From: an uncultured virus (IMG/VR IMGVR_UViG_3300048029_000465)
Taxonomy: Duplodnaviria > Heunggongvirae > Uroviricota > Caudoviricetes > Demerecviridae
Direction: 5' to 3' (one strand)
Virus record (IMG/VR): IMGVR_UViG_3300048029_000465
Length of the DNA stretch: 20,000 nt
Numbering within the stretch: the stretch's first letter is position 1; each line of letters starts with the position of its first letter. A program made the position numbers and the translations under genes. Below are positions 8,769 to 17,010 of this stretch, in pieces. The notes below the pieces were generated by a model. It did not search any database, was not told the origin of the DNA, and was given only the letters and a program-made list of their open reading frames with translations.

Positions 8769-9230
8769 CTAGTAACGAACTTCTAGTAGTATTTCTCCAA
8801 CTCCTAAAGGCTCGAGTACTCCTTCATCAGTATTTATACTGATTATATTAATTTGGTGTGTATGTTGCGTATTTCCTCGATTGTCGGTAAACTGCAAACG
8901 AGAATTACTTTCAATCACTGTTTCTATATCTTCCATAACAGCATCTAATGCTTCTACAGAATTTTCATCTCGTACGTATATTCGTACTGTTATGGATAAG
9001 AATCTATCCTTGTATCCTCCGCCTTGGTAGTCTCTTGTTTCTGAGCCGAGGTTTAAATGCACGGCAGGAAACTCATCTACTTCATCCCAAAACTGCAATC
9101 GAGGATGTACATTATTAAACAGATTAGTATTAAACTCACCTGTTTGATTTATAGTTTTTAACTTATCTACCAGAGCATTTACAATTCCAAGCCTTTTAGT
9201 TGAGTAAATACGATTTACATCATTTGTCAT
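8769..9230 (-). CDS. Tail terminator protein (T5 p142-like)
   Basis: 153 aa immediately upstream of the tail tube gene; F.DEVDEFPAV, ETR.Y and TDEGVLEPLGVGE motifs. Confidence 0.8.
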   Translation of the reverse strand: MTNDVNRIYSTKRLGIVNALVDKLKTINQTGEFNTNLFNNVHPRLQFWDEVDEFPAVHLNLGSETRDYQGGGYKDRFLSITVRIYVRDENSVEALDAVMEDIETVIESNSRLQFTDNRGNTQHTHQINIISINTDEGVLEPLGVGEILLEVRY

Positions 9231-10630
9231 TATACTCTCCTAGTGTAGAACCTTCCAATTGCCATCTCTGCTGCAATTTCTCTTATTGAACGATTTATCA
9301 ACTTTCGAGGATCTCGTTCAGCGTCTCCTTGCTTATTTCCTGTTTCAAATGTTTGATAAGGACTTTTTCTGTAAGTATACCCTATACTTGGGAATCCTTG
9401 AGCAGTAGGAATTACATCTGTCACTCGTACTGAATTTGCAAATCTACCAGTTACATTAGTAAGCGCCGGAGGCCCCATGTTCTTCTCTACTGTTTCTGGG
9501 AGCTTTTGGTTTATCAAAGCTACTAAAGAAAACATCGAGGGCCCTGTTCTTGATTCGCCGGGACCTAGTCGAAGTTTAGGAACTTTTACCGCTTTTATAT
9601 TTGGCTTGTTCTTTTTTGTAACTTTACCTGTATTTGTAACTGTTAGCTTTTCTTTAGGTCGTTTTTTAGACTTTTTTGGCTTCTTTGTTGTTACTCCAGG
9701 TATACCATCAAACTTGCTTATTACTTCAATTGCAATATCTTTCCGATTTTTTTCTTGAAAACTGTCAGAGCCCTTTAGTCCTGCTATTGGAGTACTATTG
9801 TTTAACCTGACTAGTGCTGCTCTTATTTCTCTTTGCAGTTTTGTTTTAACTTCTCCACTTTCAAAGCCGCTTGTTTGATTTCCTACTCGACTTTCTGCTG
9901 TAAATATCATTGTATCGGTAGCATCGTCTCTCATTATACTGAGATCGATTCCTAAAGCTTTCATATTACTTTCAAAAACTTGCTGGCTTGCTTTTTTACT
10001 ATAGTTTTCGTTTATAGCAATATCTACAGCATCTCTTACTCGACTTTCTAAAATTCCTGCGCCTTTTAAATGCCCGCCTTCTATTAAATCACTTCCAGTA
10101 GTTACCTCGTTGTCTGTATTCACTAACGTAGTCTTATAAGTATTTCTATTAAACTTTTTGTCTACTTTAGTAAGTTTACTTTGTCCATCTGTTTGTTTTT
10201 TTACAAACTCATTTAAATCAAGTACAAAGTTTGTAATATCTTGTTGATACACTTCTTGAAGTTTTTTGAAGTTTACAAAGTTTTTACCTTGTTTTTCATT
10301 AAGTTCTTGCTCTAAAGTTACTGAAATATAGTGCTGATTACCTTTTACTCTGGCTTTTCTGTCGCCTTTTAAATCTTTTGCATTTGTGTTGCATTTACTT
10401 AGTATTTTATACGCTTCAGTTTTTACAAAATTCATTACAGCATCAGTTTCAAATAATTCTAGTAATCCTCTAAACTCAAACTCATTTTGTATTTCTTGTA
10501 CAAAAAGTCTTGGATAAAATACAAAAGTATTTGTCTGTCTGTCTGCTGTCTCCCGTCTATAAGTTGTACTACTTCCTCGTAGTTCTTTATCTAATTTTTC
10601 TAAAAAAGATATAAGGGTTGCACGACTCAT
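9230..10630 (-). CDS. Tail completion / neck protein (T5 p143-like C-terminal domain) with long N-terminal region
   Basis: Likely start ATG 10630 (MSRATL), directly after the upstream TAA; the ORF track start is 10654. C-terminal TGRFANSV...YTYRKSPYQTFE...RDPRKLINRSIREIA; synteny between head completion and tail terminator. Confidence 0.7.
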   Translation of the reverse strand: MSRATLISFLEKLDKELRGSSTTYRRETADRQTNTFVFYPRLFVQEIQNEFEFRGLLELFETDAVMNFVKTEAYKILSKCNTNAKDLKGDRKARVKGNQHYISVTLEQELNEKQGKNFVNFKKLQEVYQQDITNFVLDLNEFVKKQTDGQSKLTKVDKKFNRNTYKTTLVNTDNEVTTGSDLIEGGHLKGAGILESRVRDAVDIAINENYSKKASQQVFESNMKALGIDLSIMRDDATDTMIFTAESRVGNQTSGFESGEVKTKLQREIRAALVRLNNSTPIAGLKGSDSFQEKNRKDIAIEVISKFDGIPGVTTKKPKKSKKRPKEKLTVTNTGKVTKKNKPNIKAVKVPKLRLGPGESRTGPSMFSLVALINQKLPETVEKNMGPPALTNVTGRFANSVRVTDVIPTAQGFPSIGYTYRKSPYQTFETGNKQGDAERDPRKLINRSIREIAAEMAIGRFYTRRV

Positions 10631-10631
10631 A

Positions 10632-11204
10632 TTAAAAGTTTTTATACATATCAAGAATTCTTTTGATATGGCTTGGGAATCCTATGCCTTCAACGCTTCC
10701 AGGGTTATCTAGTGTTGCACCCGATAAAGTTTTTCGCGTTTTGTACTCGTCTTTATGGTAATACTTTACCAAATCAAATACCGCAAGTTTTAAGTCCTCT
10801 GGGCAAGATTCATACCCAGCAGTATACGTAACTTTTACGGCTCCTGCGCCCATAGGCCAGCTTTTATAGGTAGACCCCGTAACGTACAGCACACTATCCG
10901 TCGTCTTGTCAAGATAATAGTCTGTAGTTGGCACGGTGGTGTAACTAGACGTTACGGAGTCTCTTTTCTCTACGGAAACGATTGCATTTACAGGACTTTC
11001 TGTAAGCTGTACCACATGGGTATCCCAATCAATATTAAACTCCTCTATTTTGTTAGAGTAGTAAAAATCTAAAAGGCTGTTTCCACAATAAGTTTTTACT
11101 AATTGACTCACGGAGTCAATGATCTGCGTGAGCTTATAATCATCCTTAGGATTAGTTATTTGCTCCGAATCTTTAAACTCTTGTAATGTAATTAAATTTG
11201 CCAT
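10632..11204 (-). CDS. Head completion / head-tail connector protein (T5 p144-like)
   Basis: 190 aa directly after the capsid gene; LITLQEFK, VKTYCG, VKVTYTAGY..CPEDLKLAV and FPSHIKRILDMY are typical connector motifs. Confidence 0.85.
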   Translation of the reverse strand: MANLITLQEFKDSEQITNPKDDYKLTQIIDSVSQLVKTYCGNSLLDFYYSNKIEEFNIDWDTHVVQLTESPVNAIVSVEKRDSVTSSYTTVPTTDYYLDKTTDSVLYVTGSTYKSWPMGAGAVKVTYTAGYESCPEDLKLAVFDLVKYYHKDEYKTRKTLSGATLDNPGSVEGIGFPSHIKRILDMYKNF

Positions 11205-11216
11205 AAGTCTATTAGT

Positions 11217-11246
11217 AAAAACTTGGGGAGGAGAACCTCCCCAGTT
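11217..11246 (-). terminator. Intrinsic terminator after major capsid gene
   Basis: Minus strand GGGGAGG-TTCT-CCTCCCC-AAG-TTTTT, about 20 nt after the capsid stop. Confidence 0.85.
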
Positions 11247-11260
11247 TATTTAGCTAGCTA

Positions 11261-12709
11261 TTAGTTAGCGTTGTTGTATCCAACGTAGACAGCTGCTGAC
11301 TTACCAGAAGCTGCGTCAAACAACTCGTCGAAGCCAAGGTGCTGTGAAGCAACAAGGACTCGGCGCTGAGCAGCTACTTCGTAGTCTTGCTCAACAGTTA
11401 CGCCGCGAAGACGGGGCATAACAAAGTTGCTTGGGTTGATGACAAATGCGCCACCAAAACCGTCTTCTACGTCTGCAGTAAAGTTATCAGAAACAATTAC
11501 TGGAGAACCGAAGACACTACCTACCTGACCTACACGACGTAGAGCCAAATCTGAACCTACTTCATCCACAGTAGTGAACTCAGCGTCATTCAGAAGATCG
11601 TAGTAGTGAGCCTGGCTTACAACGTAAACCAACTCGCTTGGATTAAGGCCATATACGCCCATCGCGCTACGAGCACGGTTAAGCATAGCTGCTGAGAAGT
11701 CGAGGAAGTGAGCATCGCTTGCAGCTGCACCAGCGCCCCAAGTTACACCGGCTGCTGTTGCTAGACCGTTAGTGCCGTTAGCACCACCGATACCAGTGAC
11801 GTTGCCACCGTTACCCTGGAGGATTGACTTGTCTACTGCGCGAGCGTGTGCACGTGCGATTGACTGAGTAAGCATAGGCATGATGTTGATAAGAACTTTC
11901 TCGTCGATGTAGTTATCGAGGAAAGAAGTTGAGATCAAACGATCCACTTGCAATACTTTCTGGTTTACAGCATAAGTGTTGCTAGAGTAAGAATCGTTAC
12001 CAGTACGGTTAGTTACACCAGTACCAGTACCATCGTCCGCAGCTTCCATGCCACCAGTTGACCACTTAGCAAAGCTAGTGTCTGACTGCAGAGGAATTAC
12101 TGTAGACTGTGACTCAACAGGCATTTCACGGAAGAGGCTAGCGAGACGAAGCTCGAGTTGAATCTCTTCTTCAATACCCTGAGAAACTACGTTGTCGATA
12201 CCAAGAGAAGTACCTGCAGTGTAAGAAACACCTGCCTTCTCAAGTACTGACTGACCGAACTCAGTGTTCCAGCCTTTACCAGTGATAACACCAGCGAGGT
12301 GGCCGTGAACCAACTCTTTCTTATTAGCTTGCAGACGCTCAGACTCTGAACGACCATCAGCGAATACACGCTTTGACTCACGCATTTTAGTGAGCTCTTC
12401 TTCCTTCTCAGCAAGTTGAGCACCAAACTGCTTCATCACTTCATCAATCTTAGCATCTTTCTCAGAAAGCTTAGCTTCCATATCAGACATCAAACGCTCA
12501 GCGCCTGACTCGATACCAGTTTTAATTACAGTTTCAACTTCAGCCTGCTTTGCAGCTTCAGCTTCTGCTGCTTGTTGGGCTGCCTTAGTTTCTGCTTCAA
12601 CAGCAGCTTTTTCTTCGGCCTGACGAATTGCAATCTTAGCAGCAGTCTCTTCCGCTACCTTCTTAGCAAAAGCGTCCAGGTCGATTTCGGGAGTTTTTAC
12701 TTCCGACAT
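11261..12709 (-). CDS. Major capsid protein precursor from internal start (Met204 of fusion ORF), 482 aa
   Basis: In-frame ATG at 12709 preceded by AAGGAG-ATAACA, a strong SD with 6-nt spacing, exactly at the protease/scaffold boundary. Confidence 0.8.
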   Translation of the reverse strand: MSEVKTPEIDLDAFAKKVAEETAAKIAIRQAEEKAAVEAETKAAQQAAEAEAAKQAEVETVIKTGIESGAERLMSDMEAKLSEKDAKIDEVMKQFGAQLAEKEEELTKMRESKRVFADGRSESERLQANKKELVHGHLAGVITGKGWNTEFGQSVLEKAGVSYTAGTSLGIDNVVSQGIEEEIQLELRLASLFREMPVESQSTVIPLQSDTSFAKWSTGGMEAADDGTGTGVTNRTGNDSYSSNTYAVNQKVLQVDRLISTSFLDNYIDEKVLINIMPMLTQSIARAHARAVDKSILQGNGGNVTGIGGANGTNGLATAAGVTWGAGAAASDAHFLDFSAAMLNRARSAMGVYGLNPSELVYVVSQAHYYDLLNDAEFTTVDEVGSDLALRRVGQVGSVFGSPVIVSDNFTADVEDGFGGAFVINPSNFVMPRLRGVTVEQDYEVAAQRRVLVASQHLGFDELFDAASGKSAAVYVGYNNAN

Positions 12710-13318
12710 TGTTATCTCCTTTTGAACTGACTTTTCAGTTCCATCCGGTGTATCACTAGCTACTAATGAATTTTCATCTTGAGCCAGAGACTGACCGGCT
12801 AGATCTACACTATTTTTGAAAGTTTTCTTGAACTCTTCGTACTCATCAACTGAGTCAAAAGACTTCGCCAGAGAGAAAGTTGCTGCTTGATTACAAGGTA
12901 CCGAAACAACCGATACTTCAAACAACTCAGCATCCTTAATCTTTAATCCGTCGGTTTCCGCTAGGTAATCAGCATCCTTGACTCGGAAACCAACAGAAAA
13001 TGCTCCAAGAATGCCTTCTTTTACAAGCTGCGCTACATGATCGGGCGCAGATTTAGAAATTTTAGCCTTTAGTTCGAGACCGTTTTCAGTGACTTTAAGT
13101 CCTGTAGCACGTCCAATAGGCTTGTTATAGTCGTGATTAAAAAGAATAATAGGGTTTTTCTCAAAGTTGCCGAGACCACCCTTAGTCCATGCTTCCGCTG
13201 AAATAGTATCTCCAGCACGATCGAAGTCCGCAGTACTGGCCATTCCACAAATGTGAACGCCTCCATCGTCTTCTTCGAGGGCTTTAAACGTGGACGTTAA
13301 GTTAAAAATCTTTTCCAT
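11261..13318 (-). CDS. Fused HK97-type prohead protease + scaffold (delta) domain + major capsid protein
   Basis: N-terminal ~150 aa carry prohead protease motifs (ASTADFDRAGD, ILFNHD, PIG, AFSVGF, LFEVSVVSVPCN). These are followed by an acidic linker, an Ala/Glu/Lys coiled coil and an HK97-fold capsid region (DKSILQGNG, GSVFGSPVIVSD, LVASQHLGF). Confidence 0.92.
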   Translation of the reverse strand: MEKIFNLTSTFKALEEDDGGVHICGMASTADFDRAGDTISAEAWTKGGLGNFEKNPIILFNHDYNKPIGRATGLKVTENGLELKAKISKSAPDHVAQLVKEGILGAFSVGFRVKDADYLAETDGLKIKDAELFEVSVVSVPCNQAATFSLAKSFDSVDEYEEFKKTFKNSVDLAGQSLAQDENSLVASDTPDGTEKSVQKEITMSEVKTPEIDLDAFAKKVAEETAAKIAIRQAEEKAAVEAETKAAQQAAEAEAAKQAEVETVIKTGIESGAERLMSDMEAKLSEKDAKIDEVMKQFGAQLAEKEEELTKMRESKRVFADGRSESERLQANKKELVHGHLAGVITGKGWNTEFGQSVLEKAGVSYTAGTSLGIDNVVSQGIEEEIQLELRLASLFREMPVESQSTVIPLQSDTSFAKWSTGGMEAADDGTGTGVTNRTGNDSYSSNTYAVNQKVLQVDRLISTSFLDNYIDEKVLINIMPMLTQSIARAHARAVDKSILQGNGGNVTGIGGANGTNGLATAAGVTWGAGAAASDAHFLDFSAAMLNRARSAMGVYGLNPSELVYVVSQAHYYDLLNDAEFTTVDEVGSDLALRRVGQVGSVFGSPVIVSDNFTADVEDGFGGAFVINPSNFVMPRLRGVTVEQDYEVAAQRRVLVASQHLGFDELFDAASGKSAAVYVGYNNAN

Positions 13319-13650
13319 TATGACTCCTTCTTAACAGGGGCTGCTTTAGGCTTAGGGGCCGGAGCAGGCTTTGCAGGGGCTGCTTTAGGCTTAAGGGCCG
13401 GAGCAGGCTTCGGTGCAACTTTGTGTGCTTCTGCTGCTTTTGCAAACGCTTTGGGATGATACTTTAACATCATACTAAGTGCTCGTTCCCAACGATTACA
13501 AAAATCTCTACTCAAGTCTTTTTTAGTAATAGGACTATGTGTAACGATTTTAAGATATTCATCGTGTGTAATTCCTTCACTAAGATTATATTGAAGTACT
13601 TGAGCAGCGAGTTTATTCGCTATTTCTCGTTTAACTCTACGTCTAATCAT
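13318..13650 (-). CDS. Hypothetical protein with Pro/Ala/Lys-rich C-terminal repeat (between portal and protease)
   Basis: 110 aa; overlaps the portal stop and is TAATG-coupled to the protease start; tail PKPAPALKPKAAPAKPAPAPKPKAAP. Confidence 0.75.
   Translation of the reverse strand: MIRRRVKREIANKLAAQVLQYNLSEGITHDEYLKIVTHSPITKKDLSRDFCNRWERALSMMLKYHPKAFAKAAEAHKVAPKPAPALKPKAAPAKPAPAPKPKAAPVKKES
13335..13410. repeat. Tandem duplication, 39-bp period, two copies
   Basis: caggggctgctttaggctta(g/a)gggccggagcaggctt at 13335-13371 and 13374-13410, with one mismatch; encodes a 13-aa KPAPAxKPKAAPx unit. Confidence 0.92.
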
Positions 13651-14842
13651 CTTCTGATTCCTCTACTGGCCTGCCGCCTACGGCTGGATTTGCAGCGCTT
13701 CCTGCGATATTTGAAGGTATTCTTATATCTTCGCATCCGGCTACTTCGTCAAAATTCATTGCTACTCGGGCTTCATTTGCTGTTAAAATTCCTGAGTTTA
13801 CAAGAGTCGAGTAGTACGCTGCTTGGTCTCGCAATTCTGGCTGTAACGCAGGGATGTCAGTAATATCTTCAACAATTGTAAATCCAAAATACCTTTCATA
13901 GGCTTTTGAAATCTTTTCAATAATTGGCATAATCGTCTCAAGATAGTAAAGTCTCATATTTGGACGAATATTTGCATTGTTTCCTGAGTCTAGTAAGATA
14001 GGAGGGACACCCAACGCTTTTAAAATAATTTTTTCGTTTTCTTCAATTGCTGATTGAAAGTCTAATTCTTTAAAGTTTACATTCGAGATTTTGTCAATTT
14101 CAATACCGCCGTCTAAAACTAAGGGTCTACGGCCTCCTGCATCGGGTCTGTATCGAGCACTCCAAGATTGAATCATACGCTCTTTAATTTTTTCAGATAG
14201 AGTGTTTGGGGATTTTAGTACCAACCCCGGTACAGCTCCATTCTTAAAAAAGTTATCTTGAAAATCTCTCATTCGCTTCATAAGAACCATAGTTCGAAGA
14301 GCGGGCTTTAATCGTGAGACTCCTCTGTAAATAGAATAAAATGAATTCTCTTTTACATGAATAATTTCTGAAGGCTTAAAAACAGTTCCGTTATCAAAAG
14401 TATAGCTTTCAATATAAGTAGATCCGCTGGCAGTTATAGTCATTTTGCTTGCAGGCAAATGGTATAAATGAACGCCATCATAGTAAATAAAAATATTTCC
14501 GTCAATAATGTAGTCTGTAATTAAGTTTCTACGAAAGGAGGATATATCTTGAAATGGGTTAGGCTCTGTATTAAGAAGAAGATTTACTCTGCTACCTTTC
14601 ACTCCTTTTACAACAGGGAGACCTTTTGTTTGGTCTAATACTTTAAAATTAACTTCAGAACAATCATCTACAACTATATTTACACCTCGATTTACAATTT
14701 CGAGATCTTCGTAAGCTCGCTCGTAGCTAATAGTTTGCTCACGGCTAGGCTCTGTAGTATTCTGATAGTAGCTTTGAACAGGGTTTAGCTTCTCTTCGTC
14801 CGCTTCAGCCCTTCTACCAATTATTCTATCATACCATGCCAT
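13643..14842 (-). CDS. Portal protein (HK97 family, T5 pb7-like)
   Basis: 399 aa; LLNTEPNPFQ, DGNIFIY, EIIHVK, GVSRL, FFKNGAVPGLVL, ALGVPPILL and GILTANEAR motifs. Confidence 0.95.
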   Translation of the reverse strand: MAWYDRIIGRRAEADEEKLNPVQSYYQNTTEPSREQTISYERAYEDLEIVNRGVNIVVDDCSEVNFKVLDQTKGLPVVKGVKGSRVNLLLNTEPNPFQDISSFRRNLITDYIIDGNIFIYYDGVHLYHLPASKMTITASGSTYIESYTFDNGTVFKPSEIIHVKENSFYSIYRGVSRLKPALRTMVLMKRMRDFQDNFFKNGAVPGLVLKSPNTLSEKIKERMIQSWSARYRPDAGGRRPLVLDGGIEIDKISNVNFKELDFQSAIEENEKIILKALGVPPILLDSGNNANIRPNMRLYYLETIMPIIEKISKAYERYFGFTIVEDITDIPALQPELRDQAAYYSTLVNSGILTANEARVAMNFDEVAGCEDIRIPSNIAGSAANPAVGGRPVEESEDD

Positions 14843-15212
14843 GTTTATCTCTTTGAATCTCTACCCAGCGCATCTGCTTATTCGCAGTCACTAGGGCTGG
14901 ATTTCTGCCGTATAATCTGTGCAGTTCCAAATGATGTTTATGGCAAAGCGTGACTGTGTGCTCGTACAGCTCCGCCCATTTATCTTCTATAAACTCGTCT
15001 CGCCAAATTACTATATATTCGTCCGTATAGTGTGCAGGCCTTTCTTTTTGTTTTTCTTTTAGCCACTCTCTTAGTAGAGGGGCTAGAGTGTAAAAGTGGT
15101 GAAAGTCGAGTTCTGTGTCAGCGCCACAAATGTAGCATTCTGAACCTTTTTCATACTTTGATTTAGCTCGATCTCTTATGTATTTTACTGGATCTCTTTT
15201 TAGCTTTTTCAT
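14829..15212 (-). CDS. HNH-family Zn-binding endonuclease (putative terminase cofactor / nicking endonuclease)
   Basis: CYICG...LDFHHF...TLCHKHHLELH pattern; located between terL and portal, where T5 has a nicking endonuclease. Confidence 0.78.
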   Translation of the reverse strand: MKKLKRDPVKYIRDRAKSKYEKGSECYICGADTELDFHHFYTLAPLLREWLKEKQKERPAHYTDEYIVIWRDEFIEDKWAELYEHTVTLCHKHHLELHRLYGRNPALVTANKQMRWVEIQRDKHGMV

Positions 15213-15217
15213 TTTGA

Positions 15218-15259
15218 ATTATAGCCCTTGTAAGATAAATTGTCAAACACTATTTTTTG
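15218..15259 (-). promoter_or_regulatory. Perfect-consensus sigma70 promoter with UP element (head operon)
   Basis: Minus strand CAAAAAATAGTGT-TTGACA(15246-15241)-17 nt-TATAAT(15223-15218), in the terL-HNH intergenic gap. Confidence 0.92.
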
Positions 15260-15268
15260 TAGGTATCA

Positions 15269-16573
15269 TTAGAAGCCAGTCTGAGTTGTTTCAAATGAAT
15301 ATAGTGCGTATCGTAAAGCATCTGCCATATGCGATGCTCGATTATGTTTCGGCTTCTCTCTTGCTAAATTAGGATTGGGATCCCACTGATACTGATCAAG
15401 ACATCCAAGTACTTCACCGCATCGCTGATCGACCATCATTTTATCATTGTCAACAATTCCTGCCACTTGTGCAATTCCATCTAGTACTGACTTTTTTGCA
15501 TTTACAGTACTAATATCGTAATTCTGTGCGAAGTCAAATCGAGTTTGTTGTGCTGCGGAATCTATGTAAATATAGTCGATGTCCCACTTGTCAGAGAGTT
15601 CTCGAATTACAGCGGCATGTTGTTCTGTTGTCTTTTCGGCATCAAGGTACTCATCTAATACGTAATACGTTTCTTCATCCCAATCATACGCAATTACACA
15701 GAAAGCCGTAGGGTCACGATAGCCAACGTCGAGGCCAGCAAAAACATCCATGTGGCGAGTATCAAGCTCCTCATTATTACTGATACACTTTTCGTGATTA
15801 AAGTTCCATATTTGGCCTTCGTAAGTGTTAAAGTCTGCTTCATATTCTTGACGAAATTCTGCATCGGACATAGATTTTTTAGCTTCTTGTATATCCATCT
15901 CAGACATACGCGGATTATCTTTATAAGTAGCTCGTATCGAGCACCACTCTGGAAACTCATCATTAAATCCTCTATCGAAAAATTCTGCAAACCAGTTGTT
16001 CCTGCCCCGAGGGGTTGAAATAAAGATAGCTTTTGAGTTATCTTTATCCAAAGTAGGACGAAGTGCTACGTTGAACGCATCACGTCCGTCTGCCAAGGCC
16101 GCTTCGTCAAATATAATGAGATCGTAGCTACGACCTACACAGGAATCAACTTGGTTTACGGAACCCATTCGAACTGTTGAGCCATTGCTCAGTTCTATAA
16201 CTTTATCTTTTGCATTGTCTTTTGCTACTTCCAAGTCAAAGTGTTTAATAAGATTTCTTTGTAAATCAAAAGAAATCTGAGACAGCGAGTAGTTGGGGGA
16301 CATGATTAAGATGTTAGATCCGGGAACTAAAGATACAAGTTGCCCGATTATGTTTGCGATATATGTTTTGCCTTGTCGCCTTGAAACTGCTGCGCAGACA
16401 AATCTGTACTTAGGATTATTAATCGCATTTATGATGGCTACCTGGGAGGGTAAGGGTGTAACGCCCAGCAGATCCAGGTAGGGATCTGTGGGCAGCTTTA
16501 AGAAGCGTGTCTCAGATTGTAAATCTAAAATTCCTTCAGACGTAATGTCTGCTCGGCTAATTTGTACTGCCAT
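15269..16573 (-). CDS. terL: Terminase large subunit
   Basis: 434 aa; Walker A VSRRQGKT, Walker B LIIFDEAA, coupling motif ISTP, nuclease motifs GLDVG..D and HMADALRY. Confidence 0.96.
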   Translation of the reverse strand: MAVQISRADITSEGILDLQSETRFLKLPTDPYLDLLGVTPLPSQVAIINAINNPKYRFVCAAVSRRQGKTYIANIIGQLVSLVPGSNILIMSPNYSLSQISFDLQRNLIKHFDLEVAKDNAKDKVIELSNGSTVRMGSVNQVDSCVGRSYDLIIFDEAALADGRDAFNVALRPTLDKDNSKAIFISTPRGRNNWFAEFFDRGFNDEFPEWCSIRATYKDNPRMSEMDIQEAKKSMSDAEFRQEYEADFNTYEGQIWNFNHEKCISNNEELDTRHMDVFAGLDVGYRDPTAFCVIAYDWDEETYYVLDEYLDAEKTTEQHAAVIRELSDKWDIDYIYIDSAAQQTRFDFAQNYDISTVNAKKSVLDGIAQVAGIVDNDKMMVDQRCGEVLGCLDQYQWDPNPNLAREKPKHNRASHMADALRYALYSFETTQTGF

Positions 16574-16578
16574 AATTA

Positions 16579-17010
16579 TTACTCAGATTGTTGATCTTCT
16601 AAAGTTTCTTCGTTTCGTTCTATCCAATCTTCTGCGTCAGTGTTCTCATCTTCTTGAGTAGCTTGGCGGTAGTAGATTATAATTTCTTTTTGTTGGCGAA
16701 TATATCTACGTAGCTCTTGTAGATTGTACGCCATGTTTTCGTAATCTTGTGGAGTAAGTCCAAAGAGTACATAAGTTCCATCTTGCATCTTTTCGAGCTT
16801 TTTAATTTGCTCATCAAGATTCTTTTCTGTAACTACGAAAAACTCTACATCTTGCATATCAATTGCTTTTGGGAGCGGAGGTTGATATATCTCTAAAGTT
16901 TTAAACTCTGTTACCGTTTTAATAATAGGTTCGGGCACTGGAAGGGGCTGAGGTTGCAGCATAGAACACCCTCCGAGTGTGAGTAAAAGTACACTACTGA
17001 GAATCCGCAT
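16579..17010 (-). CDS. Putative o-spanin (outer-membrane lipoprotein)
   Basis: Signal peptide with lipobox LGGC, Pro-rich segment (PQPLPVPEP, QPPLP) and C-terminal helix; overlaps the end of the i-spanin candidate. Confidence 0.72.
   Translation of the reverse strand: MRILSSVLLLTLGGCSMLQPQPLPVPEPIIKTVTEFKTLEIYQPPLPKAIDMQDVEFFVVTEKNLDEQIKKLEKMQDGTYVLFGLTPQDYENMAYNLQELRRYIRQQKEIIIYYRQATQEDENTDAEDWIERNEETLEDQQSE

Noticed and set aside
13335..13410. Repeat as CRISPR-like or regulatory array
   Set aside because: Only two adjacent copies, no spacer, and the period is a multiple of 3 inside a CDS.
12187..15990. Alternate-frame minus-strand ORFs 12187..12426, 13069..13266 and 15694..15990
   Set aside because: Nested out of frame in capsid, protease and terL; no recognisable motifs.
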